Shown: positions 48,263-58,298, counted from the first letter of the stretch. The stretch: DNA of 64,000 nucleotides from Syntrophorhabdaceae bacterium (GCA_963665295.1 OY762209.1:1440001-1504000), one strand, 5' to 3'. Translations and numbers: made by a program. The notes: generated by a model not told the origin, from the sequence alone.

Positions 48263-49879
48263 TTACAGATCGAAAGGGCAATCGATCATCTCCAGCGGGT
48301 CATAATGAAACCCGTGGGCCTTCCGGATGACACCCATTATCTCTCCGGCGGTGCCATAAGCCTTGACCGCCTCTATAATGGACGGCATGAGGTTGCAGCT
48401 CCCGTCCCTTGTTGCATCGGCATGAAGCCGTGCAATCTTCTCTTTCAACAAGGGCATATCTCTTGTCTTCTTCCAATCCTCCATCCGTTTCGCTATCTCT
48501 TCGCAATCGGATGTCTCCACGGACTGAATGGGGATATCGTCATCTTCCTCGGGAGGGATTACCAGTTCGTTCACCCCCACGATCAGACGCTCTCCCGATT
48601 CTATCTCCTTTTGCCGCTTCCGGGCCGACTCTTCCATCATATTGTGGATATAGCCTTTTTTCACCGCCGCGATCATGCCGCCCTGATCTTCTATCTCTTT
48701 GAGGATCTTGTATGCTTCCGCTTCGATATTGTTGGTGAGATACTCCACGTAATAGGAGCCTGCGAGAGGGTCCGTCACATCCGTCACTCCTGTTTCGTCG
48801 GAGACGATGTGCTGGGTGTTCAGGGACATCCTCGCCGCGAAAGGGGACGGCTCCGCGTGGGCATTGTCCAGGCACGCGTTGTCAATCGCGGTGCACCCCG
48901 CAATAGCTCCCGCCAGGGTTTGTATGGCGCATCGCGCGATGTTGTTGAGAGGCTGCTGATAGGTCATGGTCCGTCCCGACGTATGGACGGATATGAGAAG
49001 CTGGCATGCCTTTTCGGTTTTGGCCTTGAATACCTCTTTCGCCATCTTCGCATACATCCTCCGGAGGGCGCGGACTTTGGCTATTTCTTCGAAGAACCGG
49101 GAGCCCACGCTTACGAGTTCGTAGGGGAGAAGGCCCACGTCATCGAAATCAAGGCCCCGCTCATTGACCAGCAGTCCGAGCAGTTCTTTGAGCTGAGCCA
49201 TCTCCACGGCCAGCGCCTGTGCGTTATTTCCGCCCGACTCCTGAAAGTGCTGGCTGAGAATGCCGCAGCGCATATGTATTCTATTCCTTATGATGTATTC
49301 CGAGGAATCCATCCAGAGTTTGATATTGAGGTCCAAAGGGAGATTGTCCCCCTGCCCGAAGGTGTGGCAGAAAGGATATTCCGTCACGCTGCCGTGCACT
49401 TCCTCTAAGTCAATACCTCGCTTTTCCGCCAGGGCAACAACATAGGCCAGCCGTATGGCGGACATGGCAGCGGAACCGAGAAGGGTAATAGACTGTCCGG
49501 TCAGGGGAATGCCGTCCATGAGCTCCTCGAATTCCAGGAGCGACGCTCCATGCCAACCCAGAACCCCCGCCTCTCTTCTGCCCACGGGATGATCGGCGTC
49601 TATGGGCATCGCATTGGGCCTGTCGCAGATGACGAGCATCCCCTGTGTCTGACCCATTGCCCGGTACTGTTTAAGGGCTTCGTTGGTTCTTTTGGAAGAC
49701 CCGAGCCCGGCGGTCATTCTCCTTGTCCACACGCGGCTGCGGTAGCCTTCCGGATGATAACCCCGGACATAGGGATAGAATCCGGGGTCCCCCACATCCT
49801 TCGCATAATCCAAACCTGCAATGTCTTCGGGGGTGTATACGGGCCGAATCTCGTATCCGTAATCTGTTTCTCTTTTCAT
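48263..49879 (-). CDS. B12-dependent acyl-CoA mutase large subunit (divergent)
   Basis: IRPVYTPED, PGFYPYVRG, FFEEIAKVRALRR, HTSG...QQPLNNIAR, DPLAGSYYVE, IVGVN; GGAGG RBS before ATG 49879. Confidence 0.92.
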   Translation of the reverse strand: MKRETDYGYEIRPVYTPEDIAGLDYAKDVGDPGFYPYVRGYHPEGYRSRVWTRRMTAGLGSSKRTNEALKQYRAMGQTQGMLVICDRPNAMPIDADHPVGRREAGVLGWHGASLLEFEELMDGIPLTGQSITLLGSAAMSAIRLAYVVALAEKRGIDLEEVHGSVTEYPFCHTFGQGDNLPLDLNIKLWMDSSEYIIRNRIHMRCGILSQHFQESGGNNAQALAVEMAQLKELLGLLVNERGLDFDDVGLLPYELVSVGSRFFEEIAKVRALRRMYAKMAKEVFKAKTEKACQLLISVHTSGRTMTYQQPLNNIARCAIQTLAGAIAGCTAIDNACLDNAHAEPSPFAARMSLNTQHIVSDETGVTDVTDPLAGSYYVEYLTNNIEAEAYKILKEIEDQGGMIAAVKKGYIHNMMEESARKRQKEIESGERLIVGVNELVIPPEEDDDIPIQSVETSDCEEIAKRMEDWKKTRDMPLLKEKIARLHADATRDGSCNLMPSIIEAVKAYGTAGEIMGVIRKAHGFHYDPLEMIDCPFDL

Positions 49880-50079
49880 TTTGCCTCCATAACCTGAAAA
49901 AGTCTTAAATAGACCGGATCGGACATCCCGAGCATGGTTAAGGCGGCACCCATCAAGGCATGCGCCCGGTTTGCGCCCGACACGCACACAGGGCCGGCGA
50001 CAACCGCACGAGTCTCTTTGCCTGATTCCCATGACGATTCGAGTAAATATTCCGGTTTCATCCCGTCTCAATGATAAAG

Positions 50080-50142
50080 CCAACCGGTTGGGTTAATCCG
50101 ACCGGTTGGATTACTGTAGCACCATGAATATCATCGTGTCAA
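50080..50142 (-). promoter_or_regulatory. Mutase-operon sigma70 promoter with two palindromic operators
   Basis: Minus-strand TTGACA (50137-50142), 18-bp spacer, TGcTACAGT; palindromes CCAACCGGTTGG (50080-50091) and TCCGACCGGTTGGA (50097-50110). Confidence 0.65.
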
Positions 50143-50335
50143 GGAAAAAGAACGTAGAAGATTGTCCCCATAATCCAAGGTATAGGCCGGAAAAGGACGA
50201 ACTCCCGATACCGTGGCTTCCTGCTCCGCAGGGAGGAACACCCTTGTCCCCGGAGTTTGTTTTCGAGGGGGCATTTTGCTCTGAAAAGGTCTGACGGAGC
50301 TGGAAAGGCGGGCAGGGAAACGTTGCTTCATAGAA

Positions 50336-50469
50336 CTGTCATATGTGGCAGCAATGGAACATTCTGTCGTATGTATCAGCCTATAGCTGACGGATATTAC
50401 AGTTAGTGCTCTGGCTGTTATGCAACACCTTGATATTAAAGAATGACCATGGCTGGCACGTTCCTTGCT
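50336..50469 (+). promoter_or_regulatory. sigma54 promoter with IHF site and upstream activator sites
   Basis: TGGCACG-ttcc-TTGCT (50454-50469); IHF-type TATCAAggtgTTG on minus strand (50423-50435); repeat CTGTC(A/G)TATGT at 50336 and 50364. Confidence 0.8.
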
Positions 50470-50611
50470 TCACTAATTGACGAAACAAGAGATTTGGCCG
50501 GCAAGGTGTCAATGCCGACAGAAGTACGGTCTTAAAGAGTGTGCTGGGCAAGAAGTCCTGTAGAGTGTCTCCGGCGTGCTCTAAAAGAAGACTGCGCCGA
50601 GGGAGGGCAAC

Positions 50612-50914
50612 ATGGGAAGAATGTGGGGGTTGGAAAGCGGAGGTGTTGTAGGCGGCAAGGCCATGGAGGATATGCTCATAGAGGTATTCGGCTGCGTTTC
50701 CCTGAACAGCAGGGTAATAAGGCTCGAGCCGGGCAGGGACAAGCTATGGTTCAGAACCGACGCCGCGGTCAGTGAACACGTTATGGAGGATATGCTCATA
50801 GAGGTATTCGGCTGCGTTTCGCTGAACAACAGGGTAATAAGGCTCGAATCAGGCAGGGACAAGCTGCGGCGCCCGAGCGGACTCAGGGCGGACGCGGTAG
50901 CCTGTACCGCATGA
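50612..50914 (+). CDS. Small protein with a 40-aa-period internal repeat
   Basis: GGGAGG RBS; MEDMLIEVFGCVSLNxRVIRLExGRDKL twice; downstream of the sigma54 promoter. Confidence 0.6.
   Translation: MGRMWGLESGGVVGGKAMEDMLIEVFGCVSLNSRVIRLEPGRDKLWFRTDAAVSEHVMEDMLIEVFGCVSLNNRVIRLESGRDKLRRPSGLRADAVACTA
50663..50865 (+). repeat. 83-bp direct repeat with 120-bp period
   Basis: 50663-50745 vs 50783-50865, five mismatches by hand count. Confidence 0.9.
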
Positions 50915-51421
50915 GACGGTTTGGGTGAAGCAAAGAGATAATAGAGTTATCCGGTGCCTTCCCGGCGCCCGCCAAATGTTGCTTCGTGTAAAAGGTTTCA
51001 TTTGGGCCGGAAAGGACATCTTAAAGTAAGCGCGGGCGGGAACTTGCCCGGGTTGCTTCCCGCGCAGTTATTGAAGAACCCCTCCCCAGGGGAAAGTATC
51101 GAAGCAGGCCCGGAGATTGCGTGACCTCCTTAAGGCTGCACACGCATCCCCGGGCCGAACTTTATTCTGCAGGAAATCCCTTTCAGGAAGAGCGCGAATT
51201 CACGTCACCGGCCGCAGGCCACCGAGTCCGTTCGCGCACCATTCGCTGTGCCGGCAGGGGGCGCGACCCGTGGCACGGAGGGGTATATATCCTTAAGAAA
51301 AACAGGTACTCACGAATTGATCTGCAATATTTGACAGAACTAGTTGTATAGGCCGGCAAAATTCGGTAGACTGTCTGTAAACTGACAAGTATGACAGCGT
51401 ACGGTTGCAGAAGAGGGGCCC

Positions 51422-52978
51422 GTGAAGGTAGATGAGAACCGGTTTTTCAGAGAGATCACCCTGCGCATATGCGGGAGCCTCGAAATCGAAAAAGCCCTCT
51501 GGCATTGTTTTCTCTACACCCGCGACATTATCCCCGCCGACGAGTTGATCCTCACCGTCTACGACCCTGATGCGGGAACTCTCGACGTGGTGGCAACCGC
51601 GGGCGACCAGGGCGGCAACGCAAAGACCGACAAGATTTCCATGCCCCCCGCGCTTCAGCGGCAGTTGGCGGACCCCGTGAAGTTTCCCCGTGTAAGAGCT
51701 TCCGGCGACGTGTATGAGGACGAGATACTGGGCCCTGTCGCAAAGAAGTACGACTGGCCCGATTCCTCCATCATCGTGGGACGACTCATAATTGAAGACA
51801 AGTTTGTGGGGTCCCTCATTGTTCGCGCCGGCGGGAAGAACCGGTACACCAGGGAGGAGGCCCGGCTATGGTCCCTCATCAACGAACCGGCCGCGGTGGC
51901 CCTTGCAAACAGCAGGCGCTACCTGGAACTGATAAAGCTGAAGGAAATGCTCGCCGACGACAGCAAGTACTTCCAGAATGAACTGCGCCGGGGTTTCAGC
52001 GAGGAGATCGTAGGCGCCGAATTTGGACTGAAGGGCGTGATGGAACAGGTTCTGAAGGTCGCCCCCCAGCCTTCCCCGGTGGTGCTTTACGGGGAGACGG
52101 GGACCGGCAAGGAGCTTGTGGCCAACGCGATCCATAATTTTTCCCCCCGCCACAACGGCCCGCTCATCAAGGTGAACTGCGGGGCCATACCTGATTCCCT
52201 CATCGACAGTGAGCTTTTCGGCCATGAAAAGGGCGCTTTTACCGGCGCTGTCTCCCAGCAGAGGGGCAGGTTCGAGCGTGCTCACGGGGGCACGATCTTC
52301 CTGGACGAGGTGAGCGAGCTTCCTTCCAACGCGCAGGTGCGGCTCCTCAGGGTGCTCCAGGAAAAGGAAATAGAGCGCGTGGGCGGCACCCAGTCCGTAA
52401 AGGTCGATATCCGCATTGTTTCCGCCACCAACAAGGATCTCCGGAAGCTGGTCGCACAGAACCTGTTCAGGGACGACCTTTACTACCGCCTGTCCGTTTT
52501 TCCCATCCATATCCCTCCCCTCAGGGAGCGCAAGATGGACATCCCCGCCCTTGCCGAGTATTTCATGCGAAAGAAGGCAAAGGAGATAGGACTTCATTTC
52601 ATGCCCGGCTTTGCTCCGGGGACCGTGGAAAGACTGGTGGAATACGACTGGCCGGGCAACGTGAGGGAACTGAGCAACGCGGTGGAGCGGGCCATCATCA
52701 CCCATGAAGGCAAGCCCCTCACTTTTGAAGACATAGTGGGTGTTCAGCCGGACCAGGAAGAACACAGGGGGTATACGCCGGAAGAAGGGAACCTGACCCT
52801 CAACGGCATGGAGGCCATCCACATCCGGCGGGCCATGGAAATGGCGGGTGGAAAGGTCGAGGGGGGCAACGGCGCCGCTGCCATTCTCGGGATGAACCCC
52901 GGCACCTTGCGCCACAGGATGAGAAAACTCGGCATCCCCTTCGGCAAGACCGCGAAAACAGGATACGGGAAGCTGTAA
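51422..52978 (+). CDS. sigma54-dependent activator (GAF-like + AAA+ + Fis HTH)
   Basis: GETGTGKE, ELFGHEKGAFTGA, FLDEV, WPGNVREL, C-terminal HTH. Confidence 0.96.
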   Translation: MKVDENRFFREITLRICGSLEIEKALWHCFLYTRDIIPADELILTVYDPDAGTLDVVATAGDQGGNAKTDKISMPPALQRQLADPVKFPRVRASGDVYEDEILGPVAKKYDWPDSSIIVGRLIIEDKFVGSLIVRAGGKNRYTREEARLWSLINEPAAVALANSRRYLELIKLKEMLADDSKYFQNELRRGFSEEIVGAEFGLKGVMEQVLKVAPQPSPVVLYGETGTGKELVANAIHNFSPRHNGPLIKVNCGAIPDSLIDSELFGHEKGAFTGAVSQQRGRFERAHGGTIFLDEVSELPSNAQVRLLRVLQEKEIERVGGTQSVKVDIRIVSATNKDLRKLVAQNLFRDDLYYRLSVFPIHIPPLRERKMDIPALAEYFMRKKAKEIGLHFMPGFAPGTVERLVEYDWPGNVRELSNAVERAIITHEGKPLTFEDIVGVQPDQEEHRGYTPEEGNLTLNGMEAIHIRRAMEMAGGKVEGGNGAAAILGMNPGTLRHRMRKLGIPFGKTAKTGYGKL

Positions 52979-53046
52979 CAGGACTTTGTCGCGGGCCGGG
53001 TCCTTCCGGGGCGCCCGTGACGGGCTCTCACACGCGGGGGTTTGGA

Positions 53047-55239
53047 ATGAACGGAAAAGACAGAACAAAAGAGGAACTCCTTGAAGAGATAGCCCGAATG
53101 GGCCGACGCATCGAGGACCTGGAGAGATCGGAAACGGAGCAGCGGTACCGGCGCATTGTCGATACGGCGGAGGAGGGCATCTGGGTTCTCGACATGGAGT
53201 ACCTGACCCTGTTCGTCAACAGCCGGATGGCGGGAATGCTCGGCTACGAGCCTGAGGAGATGGTCGGGAAAAAGCACGAATTCTTCCTTTTCGAGGAGGA
53301 CTCCCAGGACATCAAAGAGAAGGTTTTGACCCGGAGCCGGGGTGTATCCGGACGATATGAGCGGAGGCTCCGCAGGAAAGACGGCAGCACCTTGTGGGCC
53401 CTCGTGTCGGCAACGCCCATCCTGGGCAAAGACGGACTGTTCCAGGGCTCCTTTGCCATGTTTACCGACATTACCGAGCGGAAAGAGACGGAAAAAGCCC
53501 TTGTCGAGAGCGAGGAGAAGTTCAGGAGCATCTTCGAGAACGCGGTGGAGGGCATCTTCCAGAGCACGCCCGGGGGACGGCTGATGGCGGTCAATCCTGC
53601 CATGGCCAGGATGTACCGGTATGCTTCTCCCGAGGACATGATCTCGGAGGTTACCCATATCGGGCATCAGATCTATGCCGACTTCGACGACCGGCGCAGG
53701 TTCAAGAGGCTCCTTGAAACCCACGGGACAGTGGAGGGATTCGAGGCGCAGTTCCTGAGGAAGGACGGCACCATGCTGTGGGGCTCCCTCAATGTCCGGG
53801 CAGTGAAGAACACACAGGGAAAAGTAGCCTACTATGAAGGCACCATGGAGGATATTACCGCCCGCAAGAGGGCGGAAGAGGCGCTCAGGGAGAGCGAATC
53901 GAAATACAGGACCCTCTTCAACACCGCCACGGACGCCATATACCTTCATGAGATTACCGATGAAGGCGTGCCGGGACGGTTCGTGGAAGTCAATGATGTG
54001 ATGTGTTCCCGCCTCGGCTATTCGAGGGACGAGATGCTGTCCATGACGCCCACCCGCATAAACGCGAAGGAAATGGCCGCCGAGATTCCGCTGATAATGA
54101 AAGACCTCCTCAAAAAGGGCTCGGCCCGTTTCGAAATGACCCACGTGAAGAGGTCCGGGACGAAATTTCCCGTGGAGATCAGTTCCCGCCTCCTCGCCGT
54201 CAAGGACCAGTCCATGATCCTTTCCATTGCCCGGGATATTTCCGAGCGCAAGAGGGCGGAAGAAGAGCTGCGAAGATCGGAGGAGAAGTACCGCAACATC
54301 TTCGAGAACGCGGTGGAAGGCATATATCAGGTGACCCCGGACGGAAGATACCTCAGCGTGAACCCCGCTCTCGCACGGATCCACGGGTTCAGCTCCCCGG
54401 AGGAGATGGTCGCCTCCGTGACCGATATCGCCCACCAGCTCTACGTCGATCCAAGCCGCAGGGCGCGGCTCAAATGTCTCGTGGAACAGGACGGGTTCGT
54501 GAAGAGCTTCGAGATCATGATGAGGAGGAAGGACGGGAGTCTCCACTGGGTCGCCAATACGGCCCACGCGGTCCGCGACGCAGGCGGAACCATCGTCTAT
54601 TACGAAGGCACGGTGGAGGACATCACGAGCCGCAAGTTTGCGGAGGAAGAACTCCGGCAGCTCAAGACCACCCTGGAGGCGACCCTTCTCGCCATGTCGT
54701 CCACGGTGGACGCGAGAGATCCCGGCACGGCGGGTCATCAGAAAAGGGTCTCGAACCTTGCGAAGACCATAGCCCGGGAGATGGGCTTTTCCGATGACAT
54801 GACGGAAAACATCAGGACCGCGGGCATTATCCACGATATCGGCAAGGTGGCGGTCCCCGGCGAAATCCTGAACAAACCCGTCCCACTCACGGATGCGGAA
54901 TACGGGCTTGTCAAAAGTCACTCAAAAGCAGGGTTCGACATCGTGAAAGACGCTGAACTGCCCTATCCCATCGCCGAAATGGTGCTCCAGCACCATGAGA
55001 GGCTGAACGGCTCGGGTTACCCCCAGGGACTCCGGGGGAACGAGATACTTCTCGAAGCCCGGATACTCGCGGTGGCTGACGTGGTGGAAGCGATCGCCTC
55101 GGGCCGCCCTTACCGGCCACGGAAAGGGATAGAAGGGGCACTCCAGGAAATAAGGAAGAACCAGGGGATTCTTTACGACGCCGACGTGGTGGACGTCTGC
55201 CTCCGGCTCTTCAAGGAAAAGGGATTTCACCTCGGATAG
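53047..55239 (+). CDS. Multi-PAS HD-GYP c-di-GMP phosphodiesterase
   Basis: Four PAS/PAC repeats; HDIGK, HHERLNGSGYPQG, RPYR. Confidence 0.95.
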   Translation: MNGKDRTKEELLEEIARMGRRIEDLERSETEQRYRRIVDTAEEGIWVLDMEYLTLFVNSRMAGMLGYEPEEMVGKKHEFFLFEEDSQDIKEKVLTRSRGVSGRYERRLRRKDGSTLWALVSATPILGKDGLFQGSFAMFTDITERKETEKALVESEEKFRSIFENAVEGIFQSTPGGRLMAVNPAMARMYRYASPEDMISEVTHIGHQIYADFDDRRRFKRLLETHGTVEGFEAQFLRKDGTMLWGSLNVRAVKNTQGKVAYYEGTMEDITARKRAEEALRESESKYRTLFNTATDAIYLHEITDEGVPGRFVEVNDVMCSRLGYSRDEMLSMTPTRINAKEMAAEIPLIMKDLLKKGSARFEMTHVKRSGTKFPVEISSRLLAVKDQSMILSIARDISERKRAEEELRRSEEKYRNIFENAVEGIYQVTPDGRYLSVNPALARIHGFSSPEEMVASVTDIAHQLYVDPSRRARLKCLVEQDGFVKSFEIMMRRKDGSLHWVANTAHAVRDAGGTIVYYEGTVEDITSRKFAEEELRQLKTTLEATLLAMSSTVDARDPGTAGHQKRVSNLAKTIAREMGFSDDMTENIRTAGIIHDIGKVAVPGEILNKPVPLTDAEYGLVKSHSKAGFDIVKDAELPYPIAEMVLQHHERLNGSGYPQGLRGNEILLEARILAVADVVEAIASGRPYRPRKGIEGALQEIRKNQGILYDADVVDVCLRLFKEKGFHLG

Positions 55240-55265
55240 GAAAGGCCCGTCCGACGGCCCGAGCT

Positions 55266-56465
55266 CTAATGCGGGGGCGTTTCCCGCAGGCGCGGAAGGC
55301 GGAATGTGAAGGTGGTGCCCGACTCCGGCTCTGAGTTGAAGGTTACCTCTCCTTTCAGATATTGCTCCCCGAAGAGTTTCATCGAATAGGTCCCCAGCCC
55401 TCTTCCCGTCTTCGCCTTGGTGCTGTAATGCCTTTGGAATATCCTGTCCCGGACATGGGAGGGGATATGTCCCGCGTTCCATGTTTCCCAGACCACGTGA
55501 TCGGGGCCGACGGTTGCTCTCAGGGATATGGTTCCCCCGGCGGGGGTGGCTTCAAGGGCGTTGAGAAGCATATTGAACAGCACCCTCGCGACCAGCATGG
55601 AATCGGTGTATATCAACACGTCTTCATGGGGCCAATCAGAGACTATGGTCTTATCCCTTGATGCGGGGTGCCCCGACAGGGCGCCGTCCACTTCTCTTTG
55701 GATATCACGGAGAGAGACATCTTTTCGTGTCGTGAGACGGAGGGCGTCTTTCCGATAGGAAAGCTCCCTTTGTATGGCGACTTCATTGCACAGCCTCGCA
55801 ACGGCGAAACGCAATTGTTGCACCTCCTCACGATCGGGCATTTTCATGTGAAGCAGCTCGGTGTTGCCCAGTATGGCGGCGAGTATATTGTTGACGTCGT
55901 GGAAGAATACGTGCTCCAGGCCTGCCCAGAACTGCTGCTGCGTAATATCCCGGGCAAATATCATTATCAACCGCTCGCCGTCGACAACCAGAGGTTGGGC
56001 CCGCACCTTGAGGCTGGTATTAAGAACAGCCCCTCCCTTCTTGACGGTAAGGGCGCACACCTGCTCTTCCGCCCTGTCTTCGGTCAAGGCGGCCATCATG
56101 GCTATTACTGCGCCGCACGTACGGCAATGAGGTGTAGTGCCGCACCCGTTGGGCGGTTCGTCGGCGTGGATGCAGCGGAGACTTTCCCCCAGTCTGAGAC
56201 CAAGCGTTTCCATGGAATCCCGCACCCCCAGCTCATGGAGGAACGCGTCGTTGAGAGCCACTATCTGCCTGTCTTCGTTCAGCACCACCAGCAGACCGCC
56301 GATCGATTTCAAGAGGGTGCTCATCAGGGGGCTGTGGCCGATGGTTTCAATCTGGTTCCTGAACCTTTCCATGTCGGTCCTCGCCGCGGGAGCGAAGAAG
56401 GTATCGGGGCTTTGAGGATTGGGTCCGGAGGTGCGCGGCCCTCTGCTATCGACGGTTGTCTTCAT
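55266..56465 (-). CDS. Sensor histidine kinase with Cys-rich PAS-like domain
   Basis: FFHDVNN, NALEA, GRGLGTY; CIHA...GCGTTPHCRTC. Confidence 0.9.
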   Translation of the reverse strand: MKTTVDSRGPRTSGPNPQSPDTFFAPAARTDMERFRNQIETIGHSPLMSTLLKSIGGLLVVLNEDRQIVALNDAFLHELGVRDSMETLGLRLGESLRCIHADEPPNGCGTTPHCRTCGAVIAMMAALTEDRAEEQVCALTVKKGGAVLNTSLKVRAQPLVVDGERLIMIFARDITQQQFWAGLEHVFFHDVNNILAAILGNTELLHMKMPDREEVQQLRFAVARLCNEVAIQRELSYRKDALRLTTRKDVSLRDIQREVDGALSGHPASRDKTIVSDWPHEDVLIYTDSMLVARVLFNMLLNALEATPAGGTISLRATVGPDHVVWETWNAGHIPSHVRDRIFQRHYSTKAKTGRGLGTYSMKLFGEQYLKGEVTFNSEPESGTTFTFRLPRLRETPPH

Positions 56466-56689
56466 GTGCGTACCCCCCCCGGGAAATAGACGGGTAATCC
56501 GACCGGGGCGGGACTTGCGCCCATGGTCATCTCCCGAACATGGTTATCGCCGATTCCTGTTCAGGCTTAAGGGACGGCGACCCGGGAAGGCGATGCGGGA
56601 ATGGGGCCGTCCGCGGATCATGGCTTGCGCGGGAGACCGCTTTTCTGTTATCCTGTACCCATCAAACGCGGAGACAGGTAAAAAAGAAG

Positions 56690-57718
56690 ATGCAGAGTTT
56701 CTATGACTTTACGCTGCCCGACCTTGAAAAGGTGATCGGCGCCCTGGGTAATGAGAAGTTCAGGGCCAGGCAACTTTACAAGTGGGTCTACAACAAGGGC
56801 GTCCTCGACTTTCCGGAGATGACCAATATCTCCAAGAGCCTGAGGGCGGTCTTCGGGACCATGTTTTCCACTGCCCTTCCCGCGGTAAAGGACGCCGTCG
56901 TATCGGACGACGGGTCGATAAAATTCGGGCTCTCCATGGAGGACGGCAACGTGGTGGAGAGTGTGTTCATGCCCGACGGGGAACGGAACACCCTGTGCGT
57001 GTCGAGCCAGATAGGGTGCAGGATGGGTTGCAGGTTCTGCGTCACGGGGAAGATAGGGTTCAAACGGAACCTCACGGTTTCCGAAATCGTGGGCCAGATC
57101 ATGGCGGTGCGGCGATACCTTCCCGAGAAGCGCATCTCGAACGTGGTCTTCATGGGCATGGGCGAGCCTATCGACAACCTCGACAACGTGCTCGCGGCCC
57201 TTGACATAATGAAGAACTCCCTGGGACTCGATTTTTCTCACCGGAAGGTAACCCTTTCGTCCGTGGGTCTCATCGACGGGCTCAATATGATACACTCCAA
57301 GGTGGCGAGCCTCGCCATATCGCTCAACGCCGCGGATGACAAGAAAAGAACATACCTCATGCCCATAAACAGGCTTTACCCTATACGGGATATCGTCAAC
57401 TTCGTCAAAGGGTTCAAGGCGAGCCGCAGGGTGAGGATCACCTTCGAGTACGTGCTCCTCAAGGGCGTCAACGATTCCATGGAGGATGCGAAGCAGCTCG
57501 CGGAACTGCTTGCAGGCGTAAAATGCAAGATAAACCTGATCCCCTGCAACGAGTCCCCCTATACTGAATTCAAGTCCCCTTCTCCCGAAACGGTGGAACG
57601 GTTCCAGGCGTACCTTCACGACAAGCGCTTTATCACCATCATAAGGGATTCGCGGGGAAAGGACGTCTCGGGCGCGTGCGGTCAACTGGGCATGAAATAC
57701 CTTGAGGGGTCACAATGA
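56690..57718 (+). CDS. rlmN: 23S rRNA/tRNA m2A methyltransferase RlmN
   Basis: TLCVSSQIGCRMGCRFC, FMGMGEP, SLNA, FEY, NLIP, ACGQL. Confidence 0.96.
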   Translation: MQSFYDFTLPDLEKVIGALGNEKFRARQLYKWVYNKGVLDFPEMTNISKSLRAVFGTMFSTALPAVKDAVVSDDGSIKFGLSMEDGNVVESVFMPDGERNTLCVSSQIGCRMGCRFCVTGKIGFKRNLTVSEIVGQIMAVRRYLPEKRISNVVFMGMGEPIDNLDNVLAALDIMKNSLGLDFSHRKVTLSSVGLIDGLNMIHSKVASLAISLNAADDKKRTYLMPINRLYPIRDIVNFVKGFKASRRVRITFEYVLLKGVNDSMEDAKQLAELLAGVKCKINLIPCNESPYTEFKSPSPETVERFQAYLHDKRFITIIRDSRGKDVSGACGQLGMKYLEGSQ

Positions 57719-57719
57719 T

Positions 57720-58223
57720 ATGAAAGGCAGACTGCCGGTATACAGGGATTCTTTCTTTTGCGGAACGGAACGGCCCGACGGGCTTCAGCTCACCATGACT
57801 TACGAGGACCACCTCGTGCTGTGCGACCTCTTCGTGGACAACAGGTTCGAAGGGTACACGAACGTGGCCCACGGCGGCCTCATCTTCGGGATTCTCGATG
57901 TGATGATCTGGTACGTAATCTTTATGGAGACGAAGAAGATATGCATGACCCGGAAGACGGTGTCGGAGTTCCTGAAACCCGTCATGTGCAATAGCCATTA
58001 CAGGGCCAAGGCGCAGTTCCTCTGCATTGACGACAGGGACGTGCTTTCCGCCGCGTGGGTCGAAGACGAAAACGGGGCGGTCTGCACTAAAGTGGACGCC
58101 GTCTTCAGGGAGGCGAAAGACCTGCCTGTCGAGTCCTTTATCAACCGGTTCGACTTCAGCATTACCACGCCGGAGATCAAGGCCTTTTTCCTCTCCCTCC
58201 TTGAAGGCGAGCAGCGATCATAG
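57720..58223 (+). CDS. PaaI-family (hotdog-fold) thioesterase
   Basis: FEGYTNVAHGGLIFGILD, FLKPV. Confidence 0.85.
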   Translation: MKGRLPVYRDSFFCGTERPDGLQLTMTYEDHLVLCDLFVDNRFEGYTNVAHGGLIFGILDVMIWYVIFMETKKICMTRKTVSEFLKPVMCNSHYRAKAQFLCIDDRDVLSAAWVEDENGAVCTKVDAVFREAKDLPVESFINRFDFSITTPEIKAFFLSLLEGEQRS

Positions 58224-58298
58224 ACCTGTTGAAGCAGCGATAGAAAACGGTTGGCGGGAGAGCTTAAGTTGGTTGGAGCGGGCGATAGTTGGTAAAGT

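Noticed and set aside
47291..49408. 705-aa plus-strand ORF
   Set aside because: Antisense shadow of the mutase/MeaB operon
49880..50079. Cobalamin riboswitch in the long mutase leader
   Set aside because: No B12-box or GCCACTG/GGGAAG core recognisable on the minus strand; an Infernal search against Rfam cobalamin models would be decisive
50663..50865. CRISPR-like repeat-spacer-repeat
   Set aside because: Only two 83-bp units, in-frame 120-bp period within an ORF, and no cas genes
52744..54921. 725-aa minus-strand ORF
   Set aside because: Antisense shadow of the PAS/HD-GYP gene
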